A program made the position numbers and the translations under genes. From Octopus bimaculoides (lineage: Eukaryota): a stretch of 64,000 nucleotides of DNA. The stretch lies in NCBI RefSeq assembly GCF_001194135.2, contig NC_068985.1, positions 18,307,156 through 18,371,155 on the forward strand. Direction: 5' to 3'. A model generated the notes under the pieces. The model was not told the DNA's origin and made no database searches. It saw nothing but the letters and a program-made list of their open reading frames with translations. Positions 39,701 to 51,480 of the stretch are shown here, in pieces (positions within the stretch are counted from its first letter, which is position 1; the number at the start of each line of letters is the position of its first letter).

Positions 39701-41615
39701 AATAATTAGAAATGGAAGGTGAGATTCTAAAGAAGGAAAAGAAGTTATCCATTTCAGAAAAAACATAGGTTTAAAATATTTCAGAGTTCTAAATGCACTA
39801 CATCTGCAAAGAAGGACTAGTTAAGAGTGTCTTTAGTGTAATTGGCATTAGGAAAAAAGATTCTATATAACTCAGGAGTACATATATTGCATAGCTTATT
39901 ATCATAAGTGTATATCATATAGTGTGTGAAAGAACTTTCCAAATGATTTTGAAAAGGAATAAGAATTTATAGAGACTAAATATGTGATGATAATGAAGTG
40001 ACTGTTCACATATTAGAGTTACAAAATAAATGTATGTTAACTATTTTTAAGGAGTTGGCAGTTAAGACAGTAAGACAGAGAGGAAAAATTGGTTATGACT
40101 AAAATGCAATAGACAAAATCTTTGCCAAACAATTTCCTGGAGAAGGTAAGTAGTAATATTTGTAAATTTACAGCTGCAAGAATTTTGTTGACCTTGTCGA
40201 CTTTAGTTAAAGCAACTAATATTCTGGAATGCAATGCAATGCATTAGCGAGAATAGATGTCATCATAATTGAAAAGTGTGTAATTATGATCAATGATGCT
40301 GATTTCTTGCTTTGGATAAGAACAATACTATAGGATAGAGATACTAAGCAGGCAGTCACATGACAAATTAAAACTATTTAAAATGAGGGAATATCTCAAT
40401 AATTATTAACAAATATTTAACTGAGGAATGAAATTTTTTAATATCTTTATACTAATCACTTTATATTACACTGTACTTGGGATTATAATCAATCTTAGCA
40501 GAAATAAGACTCCAAGACTTAGCAGAAATAAGACTCCAAAGAATCCAACCCCAGATGATGTGCATTACAAAAATTCCACATGTGTCTAAATCACCTTTAC
40601 TATTATATTAAAACTCACGTATATCATGAATAATTAATTTATATCGATTAATCACTGATTAATGCTGATCAAAATTGCTTTAATACTTACTTTAATAAAA
40701 GTATGAATAAAATAATAAAATACATCAATCTCTGCTCAGTAATCTGGTTTTGTCATATTGAATAAAATAAATCAATCTCTATTGAACAGTCTGGTTTTGT
40801 CATAGCAGCATTATCTAAATAAATTCTATTGTAAATAAAGAACCTATTATAAATAAGAATTTCAATAACTACAACTCAACTATTTACATAAGAATACACT
40901 ATATTTACATATATAGTTCTTTTAAGCAGTAACACAACAGTAAACAATAGTTAGTGAATTGATACGTTTTATAAATATTATATAACATAAAAGCAATTTA
41001 TTTAATAGAAAATATTAATTTACAATAGTAAATTAATATTTTCTATTAACAGCAAATAACTGTTTATAAAACAGAATGTTATACTCTAGTATTCTTTTAA
41101 AATCGACTGTTAATTAAAACTGAGTAGTAAACAGTATACAGTTAGTTTTATTTAGATTAATCTTCACTGAATCTTAGGTGAAGACTTAATAATATATATC
41201 AGAAAGTAAAACAAGTGAAAGTTCTATCCATTATGGGAGTGCAAAATGTTTAGTTCATGTGTAAAAAGGTCTTGTTCATGTGCAGTATAATTAGTAGGTG
41301 GTGTAATTAATAAATTAATATGATCTAACAGCATCCTTCTTTTTAAATACATTATTAATTAAACCTATTTTTCNNNNNNNNNNTATATACTTACATTGTT
41401 ATAATTTTTAGCATCCATTTTTCTATACTTGCCTAACTCAGACGGAATTCATTAAGACAAATCTTCAACAATCAGGTACCCTTCTTGTTGCTAACTCTCA
41501 TCTGTTTTACAAGCAAAGTAATATTTTTGGAACTGAAGGATGCCACTTGTATGATGGTGACACTCATTTAGAGCTATCATGCAATGTAAAGACAAGAAGG
41601 TGTACACATGCATGT

Positions 41616-41663
<48 letters not shown>

Positions 41664-41884
41664 CAGGCTTTTCAGTTTCCATCTACCAAATCCACTCACA
41701 AGTCTTTGAGTAGTCTAGGGCTATAGCAGACAATGCTTGCCTAAGGTGTTTTGCAGTGGGTCTAGGTTTGAAACTAGTGATTCAGAAGCAAACCTTTTAA
41801 CCATACAGCCATGTTTACCACATTCACATGCACAAACAAGTTAACTGGACACAAAAATACAAATATACAGATTAATATTCCAAA

Positions 41885-41927
<43 letters not shown>

Positions 41928-43282
41928 AATAAACATTGTGGTAATTATCAGAGGAGTGTAGGATATGTCTTATTCACATGTAAGTATTATATGTCTGTAA
42001 GAGAAGTTTAGTTCATGGGCTGGATAAACAGTTGGTGGGGCAATTAGAAAACATATAATATATTAACCACTATAGTCATAAAAGTATTATTAACCACCAA
42101 AGTAGAAGTATAATTGTTACTGTAAATACGTTTTACATATTCTATGGTTATGTGAAGCAATTCTTTCCAAATTCTCATTAAGCAGAATCTTTGCTTCTGC
42201 AGTACACAAGTCACATGATGTTTTGTTTCCAATGTAAGATTTTCTTTTAGCCAGTACACTCCATTCAAAATCATAATGTGTGTTTGTGACTCTAAGATAA
42301 CATAAATATCCGAATTTTTTTTTTTTAGTAGGGTTCCTAAATGGGTCTATGTGTTGGTAGTATCTGAATATGAATTTAGTTGTGGGTCAACCAATCCACG
42401 CTTTATGGCAAATACTAGTTTTAATCTGACAGTTATACACTATTTCCTTACCTAAGCAGTTGTGAAATTGCAGTTAGTATTATTACTTGAACTACTTGAA
42501 TTTAATTTACCTGTGTTGAATCATGTAATATTCTAAGTTACATAGTAGAGTAGGATAGCTTTACAATTTATATTGAAAATTTTATAATATTTGTGCTGAT
42601 GGGTAGTGGAGAAAATACTTAACTAAGTAAGCAAAAACATTTTAGCTACAGTATGGAACAACTGCATAATTATGAGGATTACATAAGAATGATTTCCAGA
42701 CAGGTTTCTATTAATCCTCATTAAAGAGTGGGCTATGGGTTATTTTCTCCACAAGTGTTTCTATGCTGAGTGTACAAAGAAACACCCTGCTAAAAACACT
42801 ATGAGCCAGAAACCAAAGTAAACCTGAGTTCAATGGCAGCTGGTACTCCGAAGTTACTATCAACCTTTCCTTGTAAAAATTAATATAATACACACACACA
42901 TAAATATAAATATGCATAATGAACCAGCAAAAAAATAAATAAAGAAAAGTACATAGAATTCTGGAAAAAGGTAATCAATTCTTCTCAACCCAAGAGGATA
43001 AATCTTTCATCTTTATATATGATGATAGCAATGGAGAATACAAAAAATTTAACAACAGAAATTTCCTACCTAAAAATTACATTGAAAAATCAATCCATCA
43101 CAAATTTTTACTTAATATATCCTATCAGCTACAGACTTTTGCTTTCAACAAAATAAAGAAACTTTGTATTTGTGATAAGAAAATACTGTTGTCTACACAA
43201 GAAGACAACCTTCTTAACATTTCACATGTCTTAGCTCTGCTCAAAATACACACCTGAATTTCAGCACAAAATTCCTCCTTAA

Positions 43283-43497
43283 CCCTTTAGCATTCAGATT
43301 TCTCTATCAAACGTAATACTTAACTATTTACATTGCTTTGAATTAATTATGCATTACCTTGCTGTTCTGAGATTTTGGTGATGTGATTATTTTAAAAATA
43401 ATTGTAGTGTAGGTGTAAGAGATCAGAATCTAGTAAATTTGAACATAAAACAGGTTGAATATTTTGACCAGATATGGGTTGTTTAAATGCTAAAGGG
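43283..43497. mobile_element. TTAA-type MITE
   Basis: ttaa|ccctttagcatt ... aatgctaaaggg, a perfect 12-bp TIR. Confidence 0.8.
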
Positions 43498-43957
43498 CTC
43501 AAGAAAAATATCACCAAAACAGAAAGTTGAACAGGAATTACTTTATCATTCCATCAAGACTCTTAGCAATAAATTACAATTATTCTAAAAATAAGCAATC
43601 ACTTAATGCACTTAACAAGAATCTTAAAATACCGCTATAGGATCTGAGAAATAATGATAAAATTGTAATATGTAAAAGTGATAAAAGTAATCTGTTATGA
43701 AGAACAAAGACAAATCCATAAGAAACCTAAGCAACACTAAGAAAAACACCAGTGCACAACTAAAAATTAAGCTCAATATTTTAATTGCCTTTGTAAATGC
43801 TTACATAGGATCTATTGTGTTCCAATATCTAGGAAGGATTAGCTCCACAATCACCATAAAGTCTCACAAATAAAATAAACCTTTCACCCTGTAATCTCCT
43901 AAATCAACATACTTACACATAAAATTGCTACCATAACAAGATAACACAAAGAAATTT

Positions 43958-44281
43958 ATGCCAGAAGGATGCATAATAAACACTCATCAAATTAATTCAC
44001 AAAAATTTTACAGGAAACTTACAAAAGTTGGAAACATTCCCACTGTGGATGCTGGTAATCTTTTTACCAATATTCTGCTAATGGAAACTATAACCATAGG
44101 ACATACACAATCTATAATAAAACCTTGGAATAAACCAAGAAACGTCCTTAAAAAGTTTGTTTGCCAACAAAAGCAAGGTTCTCTTTTGCTGTCCACAAAG
44201 CCACCTATTCACAAAGAGGGATGGAATGGTTATGGATTATCCACTCGGTTCACAATTCAGCGTTTAATATTGTTAACATAG
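43958..44281 (+). mobile_element. Penelope-like reverse transcriptase relic
   Basis: TVDAGNLFTNILLMETITI resembles the Penelope motif S(F/L)DVESLFTN(I/V)PxxETI. A shifted frame, YSQRDGMVMDYPLG, resembles QxDGVAMGSPLG. Confidence 0.45.
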
Positions 44282-44807
44282 TCCAGATAACTGAAGTAAT
44301 ATACAAATTTCATCATAAACATGAAATCTGAAATCATAGCTCAAGCTGTCACATCTGACATACACACACATATGACATTCTCACTGATTGACCATGTCTT
44401 TACAACATGGAGCTACTGCAGCATATTATCTTAAATGTAAACATTCAAATTATAAGAAACCTGAAAGGAATATTTTCAAAGAACATTTGAGTGGTAAACT
44501 TGATCTGTCAAATGGTTTAACACCATCACTTGGTTCTGGAGTACAGTTTGTGGAGTCCACTCTGTTGCTAGCATTCAAACCAGGTTTCCAGTTTGAGGAT
44601 AATTTCCTCTCACTAGTGTCAGAGGTCCTGCAATAGTCTTGGACACCACTTTTCTTTCTATGACTAAGCCATTAAGATAGAAAAAAAAAAATTCAAGCCC
44701 TTAGACTTTTTCATTTCAGATTTATCACAAGTATCTCACAAACAGTACATAAATGGTTACAGAGCGGTCCAATGGAAATTTTTAATTATACAAAGTGCAT
44801 AATAATT

Positions 44808-44995
44808 TTTCTACCATAGGTACAAGGCTGGAAGTTTTGGGAGAGTCAATTACATCGATCCCAGTGCCCATCTCAAAAGGATGAAAGGCAAAGTCAACTT
44901 CAGCAGAATTTGAACTCAGAATGTAAAGCCAGATGAAATGTCACTAAATATATTATTTGACATGCTAACAATTCTGCCAGTTTGCTGCCTTTGCA
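44808..44995 (-). mobile_element. SINE family D
   Basis: aaaggatgaaaggcaaagtcaacttcagcagaatttgaactcagaatgtaaa ... gctaacaattctgccag. Confidence 0.75.
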
Positions 44996-45209
44996 AAGTG
45001 CATAATATTAACAACAATTATTGTAGGGCTTCACCTAAAAACACAAACTAAATTCAGAATGGACAACACTAATATGGATATTAAATTATTACTTCTGGCA
45101 CTACAGAGAAAATGCTGTAGTCTCTTAATACAGTCATTGATTATTTACTGATTAAACTAGCTGATTGTACTCATTAAACTAGCCATAATATGATCATGTT
45201 GTCATCAAC

Positions 45210-45575
45210 CTTTTACTTGTTTCAGTCATTAGACTGCAACCATTCTGGGGCACCACCTTGAAGAATTTTTTTAGTCAAATGAACTGTTCTCCCTACCAAA
45301 CTTTTTTTTTAAAGCCCAGCACTTATTCTATCAGTCTCTTTTGCTGATCTGTTAACTTACAGGAATGTAAAATCACCAATACTAATTGTTAAGCAGTGGT
45401 GAGAAACAAACACAAAGACAAACACACATTGATATATAAGCAATGTACTTCTTTTAGTTTCTGTCTACCAAGTCTACTCACAAGGGTTTGGTCAGCCCAA
45501 AGCTAAAGTAGAAGACACTTGCCCAATGTGCCATGCAGTGGGACTGAACCTGGAAGCATATAGTTAGGAAGTAAT
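45210..45575 (-). mobile_element. SINE family A
   Basis: ttttacttgtttcagtcattagactgc ... agaagacacttgcccaatgtgccatgcagtgggactgaacc. Confidence 0.8.
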
Positions 45576-45671
45576 TATATAGACAACCTACCCATAATCT
45601 ATTCAGGAAATACTTCAAGTGTTCTACAAATTTGATATAAAGCACTAAACATTTTCAAGCAGGCAAGAGAG

Positions 45672-45900
45672 AGAGCTGGCAGAAGTGTTAATGTGCTGGG
45701 CGAAATGCTTAGCGGTATTTCGTCTTTCTTTACGTTCTGAGTTCAAATTCCGCCGAGGTCGACTTTGCCTTTCATCCTTTCAGGGTCGATTAAATAAGTA
45801 CCAGCTACGCACTGGGGTCGATGTAATCGACTTAATCCGTTTGTCTGTCCTTGTTTGTCCCCTCTCTGTTTAGCCCCTTGTGGGCAATAATGAAATAAGA
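45672..45900 (+). mobile_element. SINE family D (best-preserved copy)
   Basis: A box tggcagaagtgttaa, B box gagttcaaattcc; CpG-rich, which suggests a young copy. Confidence 0.85.
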
Positions 45901-46546
45901 GAGAGAGAGGAGGGGGTATAAAAAGAAAGAGAGACCCATTCAGCTTGTTGACATTAATTATATGTACATTAGACTGAAACGAATATAAGAAAAATTATGA
46001 TGCAAATAAGGAGTTACCAATATTTCATACATCTCTAACATATTTATTTATACATATACATACACACACACTCACATATATATATATATAAACATATATA
46101 CACAAATTAACTTTTACCTAATAGCTTATTCAACAACTGGTTGATTAAGCCATTAGGCAAAACTTAAAATTCCAGTCAGCATGAATGTTACAATAAATTT
46201 GTAAAACTTTTATGACTCCAATTTCAGTATTTTGAGTCACTCCATCAGTAAATATTCTGTTTGCTGTTCTTAAACTAGCCTTTAAAATAAAAACCTTAAT
46301 TTAACATTTAGACATACATATATATTCTATAGAAATTCATACACAATCATGTAAATATCCTGTCTCCAACTTAGAACAATTATGTAAATATACATTTAGC
46401 AGTTTGATAAATCTAAATAACAGGAATATATCTGCAACTAATGAAAGAATTTACTTATAAAAAGTAAATATAATCATAACTTAATAGAAAAGTAAATTAA
46501 GTCTGTTAAAAATTTAAAAAAAACAAAAAACAATGAATTTACTTAC

Positions 46547-48798
46547 AATGGTCGATGAGAAGGTCCTCTGTGTGATAAGAGCTTAAATTCAACAGGTAAA
46601 TGGCGCTGTTGAGCATATTCCATCAATGCACTTACAGGATTTTTGTTAAGGGCAGCAAAACTCTCTGAAGTGATCTGCAGATTTGGTGCCAGTGAGTCAA
46701 TACCAGCCTTGTCAGCTCCTTTCTCAGCCGCTTTGTCGGCCAACGCCTGCGCTACTGCTGCTGCCTTGATTTCAGCTAAAGTTGGAGTTTTAGTTTCAGT
46801 AGTTTCACTTGAAGAGGAAATGGATGTATTCTTAAGAAGATCTTGGATATTATCAACTGAATTCTTTTTATTATTTGAGTTGTTAACAGTGGAATTTGAA
46901 TTAGACTGAGATGAAGATTGATTATTTGAAGCATTTTGCTTTGGACTGTTGGCCCTTTGTTTTGAGCTCGAAGCAGATTTGGAATTAGAAGATCCTTGCT
47001 TAGAGCCTGAGGAACCTTTTGACCCAGAGCCTTTAGAATTTGAAGCAGTTTGTTTTGAAGATGACGTCTGCTTAGAACTTCCAGCAGACTGTTTAGAACT
47101 TGAATTACTTTGCTTGGGACTTGGAGCAAATGATGTAGTCGATGACGTTGAAGTGGAATTCGTAGCTGGTGCCCTTGAGCTTTCTATCAGTGTGGTGCTA
47201 TTGTTCCACCTAGAATTCTTTGACGTTGAGGACGACAAGGATGCTGACGAAGATGATGACGACTGGTTGAATTCCTTAGAAGAATTGCTTGAATTAGATA
47301 CAGCAACATCTCCTTTAAAGACGGGATCTTTTGCAAGGAGCTCATGAGGGGAAGGAGGTAGATGAGAATTTCTACTTGCCTGATTTGATGCTGATTTTGG
47401 TTCGTTTGAAGACCCAGGTTGTTTTTGGGAATTATTATTTTGGTAATAAGCACTTTTCATGTTGCTAGAGTTGATGCCATTGTCCGCCAGTAGAACATGT
47501 GGTGGAGCAGGAGGTTGCCGGTTTCCACTAGAAAACTGACGAGACATGGCAGAGTTCACAGATGAAGAACTTTTTCCAGCAGGGATTTCAGTTTCGTAAC
47601 TGGCTGCGTTCTTTGCCATAATATAAATATCTTCACCAATAGTGGTGACTATTTTCTTTTTACATAAACTATGCAAATGCTTTTGAGTTTCTTCGAGAGA
47701 AAGGCCTGTATGTTTAGCTATTTCACGTGATTTAGCAGAACCATTCATGGTTTTATCAAGGAAGGATATGATTTTAGCATGTGGGTCATGCGGGTCAGAA
47801 TTGCAAGCCTTTATATTTGAGTTCCGTTTGGGAGAGATTTGATCGTGGGGCGAATGGTCCTTCGAGTCTTTCTTCAAGGAACTCAGGTGTACGCGAGACA
47901 TATCCGGACCCTCTCGGTCCATCTGATGGTAACAAACAGGCATATCTCCAAAAGAATGATTTGCATAGTTCATAAAGTTACTAGGGTATGATTGATAGTT
48001 TCCGTCATAATGTCTTTCACGATCATCCTGCAAGTCTATCTTTTTCTGTTGGATGACCATCCTGTCATTACTTTTTAATGGCATCATGGTACCATTTGAA
48101 GAATTTTGCATGTTAAAGTTATCACAATTTCTCCTTCGTGGCTTACCACTTTGTTTAGATTCAGAAGTTACAGGAAAATGTCCTGAATAGCCTTGGCCAT
48201 ATCCACCACTGTGTGGATAATTAGCAATTGCTGTTTCCAGGGCCTCACAATCATCTGGGCTGCAACTTTCTGAACGTAATCTATTTGGAGAACTAGTGTT
48301 TCCAATAGAGAGAATTTCAGTATCTTTACTACTGTGACTGTAGATGAGAGATTCATTCTTACTTTCTGAGTATATATGAGATGGTGGACAGAAACTATGC
48401 CATTCACTTCTATAGGTTGATCGTTTTGAACGCTGGTAATTATTATTGGGAGTCTTCTGTCCTCTATAACTTTCACGGTTATTAGCATAGAAATTTGGTG
48501 GTGTTCTTGATACTGGGCCATGCTGATAGATTCCTGGACTACTAGAATAATGAGACTCATTCTGGTTATAATTTGTATGAGATGCAGGTGGATCAGCAAT
48601 AACCCAAGTTGGCGGCTGCATGCCGTGCTTTCTTATCAAACCACGTCTATCCATGCTGTACAAAGTCGGATTCACTTCTTTTCGTGAACGAACACTTACA
48701 AGACGTGCCAGTTCCATGGTCTTTACAGGGTGAGTCTTATGGACTAGATAATTCATTATGCGGTCTTCCCACTCGGGATGTACATTCAAATTTGTTTC
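46547..48798 (-). CDS. ADAR: ADAR1 E2 (2252 nt): Z-alpha, Z-beta-like, Ser-rich region and first half of the dsRBD
   Basis: Acceptor ttctctcttccctgtag|GAA ACA AAT TTG (phase 0); donor CCA TT|gtaagt (phase 2). The M at 48789 in the ORF track is a TTG, not an ATG. Ends with KNPVSALMEYAQ...GPSHRP. Confidence 0.95.
46790..47600 (-). other. Ser/Asn/Lys-rich low-complexity region of ADAR1
   Basis: Poly-Ser runs and SKQ repeats between the Z-beta-like domain and the dsRBD. A serine-rich domain has been described in squid ADAR1. Confidence 0.9.
47611..47787 (-). other. Second winged-helix (Z-beta-like) domain coding region
   Basis: PHAKIISFLDK...AKSREIAKHTGLSLEETQKHLHSLCKKKIV...IYI has the helix1-HTH-wing spacing of Z-alpha, with the recognition residues substituted. 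Confidence 0.65.
48592..48789 (-). other. Z-alpha (Z-DNA/Z-RNA binding) domain coding region
   Basis: RKEVNPTLYSM...PPTWVI aligns with human ADAR1 KKEINRVLYSL...PPLWKI; the recognition residues N, Y, PP and W are retained. Confidence 0.9.
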
Positions 48799-49607
48799 CT
48801 ACAGGGAAGAGAGAACAACAAATACATCAATTATTGCAGGAAAAATAAAACTCGGTGAATATGATAAAGTCTTAGGCAACTAATTAGAAGCTAGATATAT
48901 TTTTAAAATCTATTTCATATCAAATATAATTCCATTAAACCCATGGAAATATATTCAATTTTTAAGAACTAACAATTACAAATATAAATAACAGCTGTTG
49001 TTCATAACATTAAAAAAAGATTTGAATTACTTAAAATTTAAATTATATATTTGAATATAAAATAAAAGAAGAATTTTGGAAAAATTTTAATAAAAATCCT
49101 TGTATTTTTATACTGAAATAGAGAACATATTAATAAAAAATTTAAAAAAAAAAGAAATATAATCACCAGGTTGCAAAAATATAATCAATAATAGTAAAAA
49201 ATGTTATTATCAAAGTCAAAAACCCATTCAAAACCATGAATAATATAAACCAAAAACATTATTAATAAGTAAATTGTTGACTGAAAACAAGAAAGGGGGA
49301 AAAAAAGCATAGCAGAATTTTTTTGATATCAACAAAATTTTGCTGTTCCAGAGAGTATATAGCAAAAGGAATTTCCAGAACTGCAAGAGGTATACAAATC
49401 AATATTCACCAATATTTTATTAACCATTACATATTCACATTGGATTTTTATGATTTAGCTTTTACTAAATATTAGTTTTGATATTTTAATATTTTTGTGT
49501 ATAGGCATCTTACTTAACATTTCAGGGTGTTATTTTAATAATTCAATGAAATATGTTAATATACCCAAACATGGAGTCTATAGAATTTTAAGCAGAGTCC
49601 TATATAT

Positions 49608-49910
49608 CTATGTGGCTTAGTAGTTTAAGTATTGAGACAGCAATAATGAAGTTATGTGTTCGATTTCTGGACCATGTAGTGTGTTGTGTTGTGTTCTTGA
49701 GCAAGAGACTTTATTTCATATTGCTCCAGTTCACTCAACTGTAGAAATGAGTTGCAATGTCACTGGTGCCAAGCTGTGTTGGCCTTTGCTTTCTCTTGGA
49801 TGATGTCAGTGGTATGGAGAGGGGAGGCTGGTATGCATGGGCGACTGCTGGTCTTCCACAAAACAACCTTACTCAGACTTGTGCCTTGGAGGGAAACTTT
49901 CTAGGTGCTT
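49608..49910 (+). mobile_element. tRNA-derived SINE, family E
   Basis: gtggcttagtagttt ... gttcgatttctgg ... cttgagcaag ... ttgctccagttcactcaactg. Related heads at 58215-58420 (-) and 63645-63790 (+). Confidence 0.65.
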
Positions 49911-49984
49911 ACAAATATGAGATATAACTGAGCAAATTGCAACTGAATAGTTATGATACAGGACAACTAAATGAAATAACGGTT

Positions 49985-50190
49985 TCAAATTTTGGCACAA
50001 GGCCAGCAATTTCAGGGGAGAAATAAGTCAATTACATCAAACCCAGTGTCTGATTGGTACTTATTTTATCAACCCTGAAAGGAAGACAGGCAAAGTTGAC
50101 TCAGCAGAATTTGGACTCAGAAATAGAAGATGAAATATCGCTAAGCATTTTTGCTTGGTTTGTTTATGATTTTGTCAGCTCACTGCCCTA
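49985..50190 (-). mobile_element. SINE family D
   Basis: ggtacttattttatcaaccctgaaagga ... ggcaaagttgac ... gaatttggactcag ... cgctaagcattt. Confidence 0.75.
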
Positions 50191-50539
50191 ACTAAATGAA
50201 ATAATATAAGACGTTTTGAACTTCAGTTGAAAACATCTGAAATAACAAATAACTTTACTGTTTAATGGTTTGCATTAGATATTGATTATGATTGATAGTG
50301 ACTGTAGTTTTGGCACATTTTATAAACAGATATATATAATCAAAATAAAAATGGGATAACAAGTTGGTAATATAACCAATGTGACATCTAGTGGTTAATA
50401 AAACTGATTGATAAATGTTATCAATCCACAATAATAGGATTAAAAAGAAACTTAAAAGAGTTAAGATATAGTATTAATGTGTAAAGATGTTTATAATGTT
50501 TTCATCATACATCCTAACCATCAGTATGGATTCCATAGA

Positions 50540-51480
50540 ATCAGAATTATTAGAGATTTATTATCCTGCACCACACTCTTGAGAATTTTGGTAAAAGTAA
50601 TGTTGCAAAGCTTTAAATTGTGTCTGGCAAGAGAACCTCCTTGCTATGTTGTACATCTATTGGTGCCATCTATCTGTCTTCCATGCCAACAGGAATCAAT
50701 TCAGCCCACATTCCATCAACTGTTGAGTATATAAATGTTTGGTTATGCTTGCTCCAATCTACTGCTTTCACTAAATTAATAACCTACTAGTTGTTAATTC
50801 TAACCACACACATTCCTATACAGATGATACCACTCTTAATTCTTCTTTGACATTTTGCACACAAGTCTTATCTAAATGAATTAGACACTTGCTACTGCTT
50901 CTGTGAACTGAAATCTCAAAACATCCTTCAATGAGGACTTACTGACTTAGTTGTCTTAATCAGAACTACAATACAATCACTACAAATATCAAGGAACAGC
51001 CTTGTACTACATTCTCCCAAGACATAAACAACACATAACAAAACTAAAGCCCTCAATATGGCTAAATTTTAAGTCCCACAATGTCTAATGATCTTATGTT
51101 CTCTAAACATATATACCAGTGTCAAAACTGCAGCCCAAAGACTAGGCTTCCTCTTTAAGGTCAGAAAATGTTAATCTACACAATGGTTGGCAAAGACCCT
51201 TCACTGGAATACTGATTAACAAAGACTTGCTAATACTCTGCAATCACTAGTTGAAGGAGGCATTTTGAACTAGCAAGTTGCATACTGTTTCTATCTAAAC
51301 TCAACCAATATATCTGTATTCTTTTCTCTCATCTTCTTTATTGTATATTTGCCTCATTTAAATCCTGTGCTAAACACTTTCCCCAATCATTCTTCTTCAG
51401 AATAGTGAACCTCCAGAACTCCCACCCACCTGCATTCTTCTTGCAAATATTGACCAACCGAGATTCAAGCTAAACATCAA
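50540..51480 (+). mobile_element. CR1/Jockey-type LINE RT relic
   Basis: Reads MLAPIYCFH*INNLLVVNSNHTHSYTDDTTL (compare VLAPTLFLLxINDL...FADD) and KTAAQRLGFLF. Confidence 0.6.

Larger units (their letters stand above)
12124..48798 (-). other. ADAR: ADAR1 gene span (provisional exons E2-E10; first coding exon and promoter not located)
   Basis: Nine exons joined by hand in frame: 2252+145+184+94+156+107+183+241+232 = 3594 nt. Domain order Z-alpha, Z-beta-like, dsRBD, deaminase is diagnostic of ADAR1. Confidence 0.96.

Noticed and set aside
41886-41925. Poly(A) run of about 40 nt as a retrocopy tail
   Set aside because: No recognisable element body or TSD is adjacent.
48787-48789. Apparent start codon of the 748-aa ORF
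   Set aside because: The codon is TTG, 9 nt inside a splice acceptor; this is an internal exon.
46643-48848. Antisense and alternate-frame ORFs overlapping E2 (for example 46949-47347 +, 46643-46909 +, 48168-48599 -)
   Set aside because: Shadow ORFs of a low-complexity coding exon, with no recognisable protein features.
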